From Trichoplax adhaerens (Eukaryota > Animalia > Placozoa), in the NCBI RefSeq assembly GCF_000150275.1, contig NW_002060944.1, forward strand, positions 4,406,123-4,470,122: a stretch of DNA of 64,000 bases. Reading direction: 5' to 3'. A program made the translations under genes and the position numbers. The notes below the pieces were generated by a model that worked only from the letters and a program-made list of their open reading frames with translations, did no database searches and had not been told where the DNA came from. Shown here in pieces: positions 39,301-53,869 of the stretch; position 1 is the first letter of the stretch, and each line of letters starts with the position of its first letter.

Positions 39301-42300
39301 TATTGCTGTCATTATAATTATGAATTCCGCTCATGATTATTGTTTGGAAAATTAAGATCAAGGTGATCGCCAGGGACTTCTCTTAGAAGTGCCTGGTGAT
39401 GAGTGTGGTAACAATTTACTGATCAATATTGTTATCAAGTACAAAAATTACTGTTCAGAACCTCTTCAGAAAGAAAACTAAACAGTTTCTAAATGCCCTT
39501 ATTTAAAATATCGTAATTTAGCACTAGAAATACTAGAGATATGATTTACCTACAGCAAAATCAGTAAAAATATAATTTTAATTCACGTCCTGTACATAGT
39601 TCAACTAATTACTCTCTTGCATGAAAATTTATAGTAAACAATACAATAATCTAATCCTCTGAATTTGGGAGCGACCCTAGCTTAAGTTAACTTAATTGAA
39701 GCTGCACCTTGACTGAATTTATAATTTGCAATTATAAACTTACTAAAGATTTATACCTTGGCTTCTACAATTGTCATAGATATCAAACACAATTTAATTC
39801 AATATACAACTATATATTTACTGAAGAAAAGCAATTTCTTACTATCATTGAGCATTATTCATTAGCTACTAACAAGTGGAAAATGATAGATATCAAACAA
39901 TTCCAATACATTGAATGAACTTAAATTATTTATTTTCTATATTCACTGAAAGCAAGCATGCCAATACTGCTAGTGAAAAGGTCAAGCATAATGACTGAGC
40001 GTAACTGACTATAATTATCTGTCAATAGTTTGCTTTGTGTGGGAGAAAAAAATTAGCTGACTGTATACTCTAGCGTACCTAAGGCCTAATCATGTACACT
40101 GTGAGATCTAAGATCCATAATCAAAACCATAATAGGATATTTAGTCTCTATTTTCTACCTTTTAGCTGTGCAATATAACTATTATCTACTATTTCTTATG
40201 AATACTTAATCTATCATAACGCCTGCAAACGATTTCTAGTACCGTGCTTATGATAAATGTGCATGTTTCATTATTATCAATAATATTACTTTCAATTCCG
40301 TAATATGATTAGTATGTCAGATATAACGCAAATGAACAATTCCGATCAATAATAAATTAAATTTAGGTTTGGACAATCATAAATTCATCGGATGTCACTA
40401 CAAGTATATCCAGATCCTATGCTGGATAAGTTAACACCCAATCTATAAAGTACTTTCTAAGTTACTGATGACTTCTATCTAAATGCGACATGTCAATTAA
40501 AGTTGATCTAATGAGGCAATTGTACTATCTATTAAGCTAATAGATTTTATCTTACGAATATTTATAACAGTTTTAATTTGCTGATGGCTTATAACTAAAT
40601 AACGAGCTAACTCACGTATCTGCTAAGCTAACGGACAGGTATTAAAAGGAATTAAGACAATTCTAAGACGTTTTGCAAAATCTAACAACATTTTTAACAT
40701 TACTGCTAGCTTACAAGTGAATAAATGGAGTGTACATAATTGAACTGATAAGACGAGACTATGGAGTGCTGAACAGTTATTTTTACCCAGCAAATATCAA
40801 AGGCGATTTAGGCAATTCTGTGATATTTTTTAAAATTTTCGAAGGAATAAATACGGTAATACGGCCATGTTAAGGTGCTTAGCTTCAGAAGAAGTATTAT
40901 ACAATAAACTCATCATGAATTGAATATTCACGTGATAAAAAATTATCGTTATGATCATGTCTAGACTAGTCTGATTGATTTTGATATTTTTGATGGACTT
41001 GTTATAGCTATTCGATTCATTTGCAATTAAGGATAAATTGGGGATGACAGGTGAGAATATAATCCACGTCTGTCTCATCTGTAGCAGGTACAAATGATTC
41101 TTAATATTGGAAACACTTTCTAGTGGTCATTACTTTGAAGAGTTAATCATTTATAGTAGGTGTAGTGGTTAGAGTGGATTGATTAGGGCAATTTTATAGA
41201 GATATCCATATGATGGATGAGAAATATGAAGCCTTCAAGGATTTATTTATACGTATATTTAATGAGTTAGCATTATGAGGGATTGAACCGAAAACTATGA
41301 GTTGGTAGGGATAATTTATCAGTCCAATAATCAATCATGATTCGATTATTAACTTATAAGAATGATTGAAATAACATTATCTTATTGAAAGTAGCAACGG
41401 ATCGTAGTACTATACTAATCTAAATAATAATATTTAATATTAGGATGCTCAACTAGACTAGTAGTAGTAATGATTTATGGCAATCTCACCAGGATAAAAT
41501 TAAATAACTCCTAGATTATTCAATTGCTAATGTATAATGTATACTAACAATTTTAATTTCTAAGAATAGCTTACTGCTAGTAAAATTTGATAGTAGTATT
41601 TACATGATATAGTCATGAATAAATCGGTTATATTTGGCTAAAGATAAATTGATTGGGTATAGTCTTAGATAAAATATTATTATTAGGTAACGATTGCCTA
41701 CCTATATAGATACACAGCTCAAACATCCATTTTTCTTTCATGTGATATTCTCCAACAAAGTATTATAATGGAATGAACCTTCACAATTATCTGATAATGT
41801 TTAACTAAAGACAACAACAAAAGAACTTTAATCCATCGAGATATCAATAATAGATTAATTATGCTGTAAATAGACGATTTGAATAGAACAAAATTGCTTA
41901 AACGTATCAAGAAATTACTTTTCAATATTTAGATGATTTGTACTCTGATAGATAAATTATATTATTTGCATTGTAAGCCATTGTTGGGTCGCTCTAAAAT
42001 GTCAAAATAAGTCTTATATCACTGTGCATAAATGTTAAGATCGCATAATTGATATGAATATAAAGGTATGTTAATGAAATCTATTGAATGTCTTGATAGT
42101 CATTGAAATATATTCGATAATGCAGAAATATTCATTTCTTGTCAGTTTAAACTAATTTTTTAACATTTCAGACCTGGGTTGATCAAATCAGGAAGAAGTA
42201 TTGCAATAAATGTTCACTGGTAGATGATTAGATGGCATTAAGTTTGGCTATTAATTTATAAGGAAATTTGCATTTACAGTTATCGTATCCTAACTTTGAA

Positions 42301-42489
42301 CTAAATTATTAAAATAAGGAAATAAATTATTACGCGATAAGTTTTACAAAGGGAAACTGGAAACTGCACTTATCGAGTAGCGAATTTTACTTTTCTATGA
42401 GTATCAATAATTATAATTATAGCTATTAAAAAATTTTGCGGTGTAGATGGTCAGTATGCTAAAAGTGCAATAGTTAACAATAAACAACT

Positions 42490-42700
42490 CAAACAATACA
42501 TGACTAATAAGAAGCATGTAACATTTTTGATATATAACATCTTTAAAAGCGTAACGGTTTATAAGTAAACAAATCGAAACGATACATGATCAATAAGAAG
42601 CATATTTGATATACAGTATAACATCTTTAAAAATATACTGGTTGACAAGTAAATAAATCCAAGCGATAATTAACTAATAAGAGACATATAATATTTTTGT
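42490..42700. repeat. Diverged tandem repeat (~85 bp, about 2.5 copies)
   Basis: atacatga..aataagaagcat..tttgatata..tataacatctttaaaa..aagtaaa.aaatc is repeated. Confidence 0.75.
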
Positions 42701-45700
42701 CATCGCTTCTGCTATGCAAGATATTAAGGAGAACGATGGCGATGCTATCATTTCGGCGCAGGCCTTTTGAGTTTTAATAAATGAATACGTTAATTTAATA
42801 TTTAATTTCTAAATGCAGCTATGTGGAAATTAATCATCAAAGGAATACTAACACTGGAATTTACAGATTAGTCTAACGCAAATATACTGGGATATAAGCG
42901 ATAACTAGTTTATTTTATTGAAAAATACGGCAACGTTATATACTATCCTACATAAAAATGCATCTCTTTGATAAGATTGGATTTTAATGTTAACTCTTTA
43001 TATGTTTTATCAAGGTCTTTAGTAAATTGCATAATATAGTATCGTAATTAACTAAGATGCCATTATACACATACTATTGGTCCCTTCGCTGTTCAATTTA
43101 AATCATCATCGAAACTCTTAACAATACGTAATTTCACATACGGAAATGACGTCTACAAATGAATAAGTTATTCGTTTTCTAATAGCACTGCAAGAATTTG
43201 ATCTTGACATTAATGGTGACTTGGTCGTAATTCTTGAAAATCGACATGATCTGGTTGCGTATAATTCTCATTGCCATATATTATTTCATAAGAAGAAATT
43301 CATCGTCATGTAGGTACCAAATTCGAATTTACAATAAAGATTACTGTTAGATTACTTCAAATTCTATTTACTGTATTGCAAGTGATGACTACATGAATTA
43401 TATGAGAATAAAGAAGATCAGTTTTCATACTATAGAACAAAGGCGACAAAAAAAAAATATTTAGGAATGGATAGAGCACCGGTATTAAACCTATCTACAT
43501 TTTTCATTCTTTAATTAATTTTGCATGAACTTATTTTTGCTTGATTAGTATAGTAAATAATAAATAACTTCTTCTTCCATGGTAGATAATGAAATGGGAA
43601 TTCCTACCTTAGTTGATTATAATTGGAATTAATGTCAATTTGACTGATGATCTTTGTTCATGATAGTCAGACTATACTTAAAATAATGCCTACTTTTCCA
43701 TTTGAATGACACCAAGTCTTAGATTGTGACAACTATCAAATTTGGGCGAAGCAAGAAATAGATTGGATGAATAGTAATTAATTATTATTGAAAGACGGTA
43801 TTAGTAAAGCCTTATCTATTCATAGTACTACAGAAACGATTTTATTAATTCGACAAATCGAGCGAAATACTGCCAAGATAATGATGTAACTTTATTTTGG
43901 TAAACTAGTGTAATGATAGGTATGTTACAACAAGATCGATTTTATCATAATCTTGAGCTTAATCGATCAAATGCATGCTATTAGAACTAACTGAGATGAC
44001 TGAACGCTTTCATCAAAACAAATCCCAAATTGCTTGTGATTAGGTAGCTGTAGGTATACAAAAGAATGTTAAGTTAAGTTATAACCGCTGATATTATCCA
44101 TTTAGACATTATAGAAGCATATCTGATTTATTATTAATATACTTTATGTTGTAGATGATCCTAGGTCCTTGTACATCAAAAGACATCGGTAGTACTTCTA
44201 CGGATACCTTCCGAGATAGTGATATGCATCTACTTTTTTGGTTCACAGCAACATGAACTGCGTATTTTAGTATGGAATCCCCAAGTGGAGTAAATAATTT
44301 ATACCTTGTTAAGGATAGGGAATCCGGTAGGTTATACTTTTCGCTTCAGAACTACTAAGGCAGAGTCTATTAGTAGTTTGAAAGGTGTTGATATATTGCA
44401 ACTCGGAATCAAGCGTAATTTAGTAGACCGCTGGTATGAATTTATATAATGGTGATGGATTCTACTAACATGGATGCGTTAGCTTCCATGCAGGAGGTTC
44501 TGCACTGGAAGAAATCATTATTATTATGTAAAAGCCATTGACGGCACAACAGTTAAAGGTGCATGTCCTGCTTTGCTATTAAAATTGGAGTATTTCTATT
44601 TAAATTAAAAGTTCTTGAACACACATTACTTTGTTGTGAAATACTTATCATAAAGAATTGTTATATAATTATAATTTTTACAAGGCGAATTGATTTATAA
44701 TATGTACCGAGCGCAGCGCTTTGATATTCTCGCTTTTTGTAAGCGATTTAATGGTAGATACTAGGAGTGGTACTGCTTTTTATTTCATTTTTTTCTACAT
44801 ACATAGTAACGCACATTTTTCTACCCTGTACCCAAATGTTCACTTAGATTTTAAGATATAAATAAAATTACAATTTAATAGGCATTATAACATAGTTTAA
44901 AATAGGAAGATAAACTTCTTAAGGGCAGAAGGTTATTAGCCTTTTGAATTGTACGGCATATAGCAATAAGACAACATCTCCAGTTACAGATTAGCTGTAT
45001 TTCTTCCGTCATAAGGCTCAATTAGTGATAATTCTAGAAATAAATGATGGGAATGGGTAGCATAGATACCAATTGTAAGAATAAGTGCCGATGTTATTCA
45101 GCTATCAGCTGTTGTCATCAATTGATTCTAAGTTAGTTCGTAATATAAGAGATTAGGATATACTCGTATTCTCAGCTATTTCTGTATTGCTTATTAAGAA
45201 TTTTAGTCTTCTTGGTAATATTGAAGTACTAAATGTCGGTCAGTTTTTGTATATCGTGAATGTGATTCATCATGTCAATTATATCTTGCATCTATTAATG
45301 GTAACTAATGATCAGTTTCTATACGGTAGTACAATTCTCTTTGGATACGATCACAAATTAATACAAAATTCTCATTGAGGGCATGCAAGTAAGATTATTG
45401 ATCCTACCGTTATATGTCGTCACTGTTTTAGTATTATTGTGAACTACGATATCTAACTTGTAACTAGTTTAAATAATTAAATACTGATACTATTTGTAAT
45501 AGACAGTAAAATTACATGAAGAATAAAGCAATCACTGCTCTCCTGAGTATAGAAGAAAAGTGGATACCAACAGTAACAGAGTAATTGGTAAGTTAATTGC
45601 TACTTTAAAAAAATATAGATATTAAAAATTAAAGTCAATTACGTCGTCAATAAAGTTAAGGCCGGACTGTCGAAAAATAATGATGATCAGTAATATTGAT

Positions 45701-47416
45701 CTGATGTGATGACAGATATTGCCATCTTACTTTTTTGACAACAGTCGACAGCTGGCCAAAATTGACAAAAAGGTATAGTGTGATTTCCTATGGTGTCATG
45801 ACAGTATCTATAAATTAAGATAAGCTGAAGATAATGGAATTGGTAAGATAGGTAGATAGTTATCGCCATTAATTTCTATCGCTACCTATTCATACTGTCA
45901 TAACATCAGTTTAATGGAAGAACGTTATTGATAGATCGCTATTGTAAAAACAGTTCGATAGAAATTATGAAGAATTTGTGAAAGGAAAATTTTGGATAAT
46001 ACGTATATAGTTTTGATGATATGATAATTTATTGCATTTGATTTTTTAATAATCTATTAACGGGGTCAGTCCTCCATTTTATTGAAAATTTTTCATTTTA
46101 TTATGCGACAGGTGGCGCTGTTACCATTCATTTCGGCAACTATTGATAATATCGTTTTGGTGACATAAGATCGAAGTACAATCTGGAAAGGTATTAAAAT
46201 GAACTACAGTTATAATGCCCCATATTACGGTTGATCGGAAGATAAAGCAGCTTAATTGATTACCTAATTAGATAAATGGCACTTCTATATCATTCACTAC
46301 CTCATCAATCATCGCTTCACTTTGTTAGAATAGAACTGACGTTATGAAAAAATACATATTTTTATATTTTATGAAATTAAATGATATTCAGCTATTCTAT
46401 CCGAAGTGATAGTTCGCTAATGGTTTTTTAATAACGTTATCAAGCGTACATGATAGAGTTGATAATGAAATTAATTGCTATGCTTTATACTGTACATTAA
46501 GGTTAATAATTATATTTGACTGTATCTTCGAATAGACAATCACTGTATGAATATGCTTAACTTACTTATTTAAAGGTTAAGAAATAAGTTTATAAAACGG
46601 TTTTTAAACTAAACTATTGTTACCTATATCATACTACTTAATTGTAAATCCAGTATTCAAGTGCATTGTATTACAATTATATTTATTAGGGTGCGTAATA
46701 AAAGGTTGAGAAAGGCCAATATTTTGTATCATGATTTAGAAGTGATATTTGATCGTAGGTCATTATTTCATCTAAAAATAAGTTTTAATGAAGCAACGTT
46801 GCGATCAATTTATCGTTCGAATAACTGGCAATAATTTGAAATAGTAATTAGACTTGTATTTTGCATTTTCGGTGTTTTATTAGAGAAATTATAATTATAG
46901 CAGCACCCTGAAATTATTGCTACAATTACACTATTCTGTGTCATTAGTGGTACGACTAAAAAGTGCCAATATAAAACTGTAATTATGAAATGGATATCTT
47001 CATGAGCAAATATCATTATAGAAATAATAATCTGCTTTTCATAGGCAGTTACATCATCGCAACAATAGTAATGTAATTAACTCTTGCATTCATTTTATTG
47101 CTTACAGTATTTGTTATACGGAATCAGATAGTTATGTGTCCCATTAGTTTTACAAAATTAACTTTAGTAATTTATACTCATATATAGCTACATCGATCAA
47201 TAAAAATATATTATAGCATGTAATTTAGTATAATTTTTCTGTTAGGGTGCTGCATTGAAATTTAAAGTACGGTTAGAGCAACGTCCTCGTATCATAGATC
47301 AGCATATACAGTATTGGTAGCATGCTATAATATACTGTAACTACTCTAAAACTATGTAATATTTTATTACTTACCAAATGGCTATTATCAAAAAGAGTGA
47401 AGAATTAAGCATCATG

Positions 47417-47553
47417 AATTATAATTTTCGAACCTTGAATGATGAAATTAAATCAAAATCTTTATATCATGAATTTCGTCATATCATACGTAAATTATAA
47501 TTCTCGAACCTTGACTAATAAAGGTGAATCAAAATCTTTACACCATAAGTTTT
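47417..47553. repeat. Diverged tandem duplication (76 bp period)
   Basis: aattataatt(t/c)tcgaaccttga...aatcaaaatcttta at 47417 and 47493. Confidence 0.75.
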
Positions 47554-50500
47554 GACACGTTTTGATTAAGTTTTAACTTAATTTGTTTTATTAAGATGTA
47601 ATTGGTATCATTATCGATAATTATAATTATTATGCTGTATGCATTATATGTGATGACTGATAATATTTTTGGCTATAAGATTTGATTCTGTCAGTGAATT
47701 TTTACGTACTTTGAGTTTATGTTCGTTACATGGAGATATTCAGTCTTCTACAGTTTATTATTCAGCCTTCATCTACTTGTAATTACATTGCCTTAATATT
47801 ATAATTTTTGACTTGGATACAAACATCGAATTATTAGTTAGGAATATAGATAACTATGGAATCGAAGTTTTACCAACCAAATCATCATCTTAAAACATTA
47901 TAAGAGAAGACTATTGGTTAATTCTAACAACTGCGTTAGTGGTAGTCTTTTATCCATTTTATAAACAACCATATAGATATACATTGCAATGTGGAATTTA
48001 TTGAGAATAGGAATGTTATAATATTTTCTTATCAAATTCTATCCTTTAAGTCGACTTTTTTCAATTTCTTGTTGGACTAGGATAATAACTTACGTCGTAG
48101 CTAGGCAAGACTCAGTAGTGATTTATTGTTCCAGTGCAAATAGCTTTCTATTGTAGTTTATTAATTTTGAGTAGCAATTTGATTACTAAGTATATGTAAA
48201 CTTTAACTAGAGTTATCATTTAAATATCAAAAAGATGCCTTAAAAGATTTTAGCTTTGTTTATTCCGTTCTAAATTTCATATATTTTCTAGCTCACCAAT
48301 ACTCCTGTAAGTTTTAGTTCTACCATAATTATGACATTATAAATGCTAGGGGGTGTTACATTGGAGCAAAAATACTGTTTAAAGTATCCAACTCTACAGT
48401 AATGATATCCTAGATTACAAATTTTTATTGCTTTGTGGTAGCTATTCTTATTACCAAACTGTAATTATTAAAGGTAAATACAGCGGTAGCTATGATGTTA
48501 TATATAGGGCAAGAATCGCTTTTACAAGAGATTGAAATTGCATGTTAGTATCTTTATATATCATCACTTAACTATTTCATTATACGAGTATTAAATATAT
48601 TGTGGGAATATGCAATCTGCAATCATGTAATATATGTTTCAAGCTTTGAAATATCTAGTTAAAAAAAATATAATAAATTTTTCGAAAACTTTACTATTCG
48701 TATGATGCATAGAATTAGCAAGTTGTAATTGAGTAGAATTAATTGGACATTAAAACAACCTATTATTATATTAAGCCCACATAAATGTAATAATAGTATT
48801 TTTTTCAACCTGAAATATTAAAATTTTCTGATTTGAGGCTGAATATAACTTGAAGCACTCTGTAGATATACATGTTTGTACGATAATATAGTAATTTGAT
48901 ATCTTATATAATATCATATGCTTAAAGTAATTTATCAAAATAAAATTGCGGTAAGTTTAGCAAGTATTCAACATTTTGTCAATGGCCGTAAATCAATGTT
49001 ATAATCGTCATATAAAGTATTGAAAATTGTTATCAATTTAGACCAATTACTAAATACCACTACCGATATACAGCATATCAACCATAAATATCCCAAAAGT
49101 TTTATATAGCTTTTGACGTGACAGATTTTAGTCTTTGTAATTACTTTGTATTTCGCTTGATTAGGTACTAATCGAAAGATGAGATGGAAAATATTTAAAA
49201 TATATATACCAAACGTAAGTTGAGTCTGCTATTATAGCCAGTAAAAGTGATGAGATGGCAACGCTAAACGAATATTTAAACGTGTATAAAATTATTTTGA
49301 AGTGCCTTCTTTGAGTTCTAAATAAACTCCTATAAGCTGTTAATGGGCTTACCAATTATTTACTTATGCAAAAAATGATTATTGCGGAATCATTAATTCT
49401 AACGAAATTCTGTGCATGATATCCTTGTTACAAATTTCCTTTGTAACAAGAAGCCGGGTCTTAAACACCATCTTCACTAGTACTCGTGTTCCTAACTAAG
49501 TTAGGGACCTATCGTAGTTGAACTAACTCTCAGCTACACAAATAAGCTACTAATGAGTAATAGGTTTAAATACTTTACTTTATTTTCGTTAATCTTAGTC
49601 GTAAAATGTACTAAAGAAAAACGTAAGAATATTCTTAGCAATAATAGTCAAAAGATCCTGCAAGTGACTAACTGGAACTGAGCAGCTAAGCTAGTGCTCG
49701 GCTTTTTATAGTCTCGACCAACGCCGATGGTGCACTTGTGAATATTCTTGATATAGCGACTTACACTGTACAGTATACATATCCTAGTAAAGCAGTTAGA
49801 GCCTCAAGGCTCTGCAAAGTAATTGCACCTTACACTTAAGGTGTTATTAATTAACGTTTACTGACTAATTCACATCGAGTTTAGATCGTTTATAAATTTT
49901 ATGATTCATTTTGGAAATGACTTAGAAGATTACATCATTGATTTTATAATGAAGTTTTCCTCTGTCATACACATATCTATTAAATAAGCAAAGCATAGGC
50001 TCTTCCTGATACTTTTTTAAACGAAGTAGTAGTATCTATCAATAACAATTTAATAATTGACCTCTCAACATTAACTAAATTCGATTTCTGCTATTTTAGA
50101 ATCATTCTCTTCCTACTACGATAAATGTTTACAGTTCATTTGAACTATATCTATATGAAACTTATAGTTTTATCATTAACTATAGTAATGCATTATAAAT
50201 ATCAGCCCATAATATGATGTTAGTGATTAATTATCAAGAGAAGTTAGTTATTAATTTCATTTAGCATTGTGCACCGGTAGACAACAGAATTATTCTCTAA
50301 ATAGAAGGATAACAATCCATAATTAGAAATGGATGAAGGTGTGAAATTTCAGGGTCTACTTCCATAGATACTGCAAAAGGGAGGAGTAGTGAAGAGGCTT
50401 TGACAAGGGTAAAAATTTTTGATAATATTGCATATACAGTCGATAATATCATTCTTTCATTGTTGAATTAATAAGTTGGTCTTTGTCAAAAGTTAGATAT

Positions 50501-53500
50501 AAAATGCTTCCTAGGCTATCTCAGTTTAGATAGGGACTTACCTTAATCTGCTATGTGACGATTATCGCAAGTATTGGCTTTTGCTTGGCTTAAATACAAT
50601 ATCTAATTCATCCAGATTTATGTTGTTGAGTAATTCGATTTGGACATGTTTGGTAGTTCGTTTAATCATAAAATTGTTTTACCTGCAATGAAAGGTAAGA
50701 TATCTGATAGTGGCTTGCCTTTTGTGCCGTTACTTTATATGCAGGTTTGAGATATTTTTATTTCAGAGTTATGATAAATTTTTTTATTTTAATCGATGAC
50801 GCATTTATTGCTATTATCTGAGTCAAAAGGGACGATGATCTATCAATATTATTCAATAATAACGTGCTTAAATTACAGTAATGTTGTTCAATATAGAATT
50901 GAGTCTTCCATTTATAACACTTTGGACAAATGGTATATAACTTTTTTTTGTTTTATACTATAAATTAAATATGAGTATCTTTGAAGGTAAAATTTACGAT
51001 TCTATAGTATGAAGACATGCAATAGAAAGTTTTCATTTTATCATTACTTTAAAGTAAATAAAATTTTTATCCGTGTTGAGAAATCCGTAATAATTTACAA
51101 AGAAAATTGTCATCAATTGACTATCTTTCCAATAACTGTTTATCAGTTTTCTAGTTCGTAAATTAGCAAGTGAAGAGACTCTATTATTTATTATCGCCGC
51201 TATATTAAGCCGCTAATAGAAAGAATTAAAAGTTGACGACCTCAAAGTATGTAAGCAGGAGGAGTTTCTACATCAAGATCTACTATTGATCTCTAGTCAA
51301 GTCCTATTCTTGCAGCGATGTAACACCATTTTTAGAAATGTTTTATCATATTGAATACACCGATTATTGAAGTATTTTACTGGTGATAGCTATTAGTGTT
51401 CTGCATCAAAGACTACTTTAGAAATGTTTGTTGATTGATGATACAATCTTAATTTTAATTCTGATAAGTGTTAATTATTTTAGTTGAAGGAGCAGGAGAT
51501 ATTCAACACATACATACACCGATACAAATACTTTTCTACTTTTCTTCTATGACAGTGTTTACTGAACCTGATAGTTGATCAGATGTTTATTACTGGTTCT
51601 TTGTTCCGATAAGAATTCGGAATTATAGGTTTTAGCTTAGAATATTGCACATTATTTCAATTTACATTATCGCCAATATAATTGCTAACTATTATAACTG
51701 CGGGTTTCTATCATAAAATGTATGATCATTTACAGCATGCTCTAAGTTGATCTTTTACAGTATTACTAGACCTAATATTTGAGCTACAGAGCTGGAAACA
51801 CTACTACATCGATACTTTTAATGTTCAATACAACATCGAGTTTAAAATGGACTACAGTTAACCTTAATATTGAGCACTAGAGTTTTTAATGTCTACCGAA
51901 TACTATATCTAAGATGGACAACATCAGCGTATTATTTTATGCTAAAGTAAACTGCTGCGATAGCAAAAATGAGATTTTATCCAAGTTCACGCTAATGTCT
52001 GGAAATAAATGAAGTAGAGTCGAGCCGAAGTATCATAATTATATATTTCGGTAGTGGATTAAAAAGTGAAATGATCGATCTACGACTACAGTATAGCCGA
52101 TGAAGGAGAATTTGACATATTGTGCAGTATATCGTTTTAGTTTTGTCCATTTGAAATACTAGTATTTCTAAAGTTGACGTAGTCTAGAGTTCTGCTTTGC
52201 AAGCTTGCTTTCATCCCTGATTAAAATAGGATGTAAAGCCCTGAGTCGATTTCATTAAAAGTAGAGTGTAGTCCACCGTGATGTTTGCTTACAACTCTCC
52301 CCCATGGCTTATCTGATCACGGTTATGGTTGTTAATTTAGAGTATTTTGGATATTTTCGAGCTCGGATACGTGATAATTTAACGTTTATAATAGTTACAT
52401 ATGGATAAAATTCTGCTTTTACAAGATCGAACATTATTCCTATCGTACATCCTTTAATTTGGCGTGTATTAAAATTATGATATAATTGATGATCTTCATT
52501 TGAGCTGGCTACACTTTAAGCGAGCTCGTATTTGAGATATTTTGAATGAGTTGGCGCGTTGTGATTCGTGCCTAACTGTCCACCTTATCGTTTACTTTTC
52601 TCCTTTTTGGGATAATTAATTAAATCAAATCTATCTACATCTGCGAAGATGTGTTTTATAAAGGGATGTGTATGTTTGTGTACTTGTTAGAGTACTGCAA
52701 AGCAGCTTGAATTCTAATATCTAGAGGAGTATATTCATTTTAAGTGCTAGACTGTACGACTAGTGGATATGTAGTAACCTCATCGACCATGTTACTGTAA
52801 CTAGCCTTACTTTACAGACGAATTTGTAAGACTGCCCTGCACTTATACACCAGTGGATTATACCACTACATTTCGATTTTCTGTACCTAGTGCTCTATTC
52901 TATATATTAAATTCGGTCAATGTAGTCGTATTTAGGAGATGTTCTTGACCATCGTCTCAAGTATAAAGTGCTAAAATGATGTTATTTAAATTACTATCGG
53001 AAAAAGATGCTACTAATGATACGGCTTCACCTTTAAAATCGACGTGACTGTTGTTAAAAATGGACATTCTTTCTCAATCCTAACTATCAATGAATGAAAT
53101 TGACGATATTGCTCCTGTATTCCCCCATTTTTGTGGCTCATGCAATATTTTTAGTCAGTCAAATTATACACATTGGCTTCAAAATGGAAGGAATTTTGTA
53201 TGAATACAGTCAATCTGTATCTTGGACATTGTCGCGAATATCTTGAATCCATATTATTGTATTTTATAATAGCCACTATTACAAATGAAATTTGTATCAT
53301 TTGAGTGCACTTTGTTGAACTGGAATAACTATATCAATATTGTGCAACATTTCAACATTGATTGGGGCATACTGTGGCTAACTTTAGGGATTGATCAGAA
53401 TAACTATGCAGCACCCTTCCGTGCCTACCGTAGTATCCAGCTTCTCTCTGTCTAGACTGTAACGCTGTTGTAAGAGAAGATTCCTTCAACAATTTTGCAT

Positions 53501-53625
53501 GGAGGTACGCCTATCTTGACGGGTAGGGTACTAACAGGCGAATGAAAAGTCCATTTTAGTTTCTAGAAAGTGATTTCCTAATGTATGGTGGTACCATACA
53601 TTATAACTTCCTAAGCGGCAAAGTA

Positions 53626-53782
53626 AAAGTGTCAAGAATGTGTATCTAAATCTACATTCTGAAAGTGTCAAGAATGTGTATCTAAAATCTACATTCTGAA
53701 AGTGTCAAGAATGTGTATCTAAATCTACATTCTGAAAGTGTCAAGAATGTGTATCTAAATCTACATTCTGAACGTGTCAAGA
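53626..53782. repeat. 36-bp minisatellite, 4.3 copies
   Basis: Unit aaagtgtcaagaatgtgtatctaaatctacattctg at 53626, 53662 (one extra A), 53699 and 53735, plus a partial copy at 53771. Each unit has an internal AGAATGT/ACATTCT inverted repeat. Confidence 0.95.
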
Positions 53783-53869
53783 TTGCAGTGTTGAGTCTAT
53801 TGAGTTGTGACTTGGCAAGGCAAGATAGAGGTTCAAAACCATTCCAAGATCTGCAGATCGGAAAAGCAA

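Noticed and set aside
41279-41289. GGGATTGAACC as a tRNA/SINE B-box
   Set aside because: No A-box or cloverleaf can be built around it.
35603-49355. Scattered 60-90 aa ORFs in the gene desert
   Set aside because: Composition typical of AT-rich non-coding DNA; no coherent exon chain or recognisable domain.
52275-52323. accgtgat...ctgatcacggt as a C/D snoRNA
   Set aside because: Only about 49 nt, imperfect C box, not intronic.
53626-53782. 36-bp palindromic repeats as a CRISPR array
   Set aside because: The units abut directly with no unique spacers, there are no cas genes, and the context is eukaryotic.
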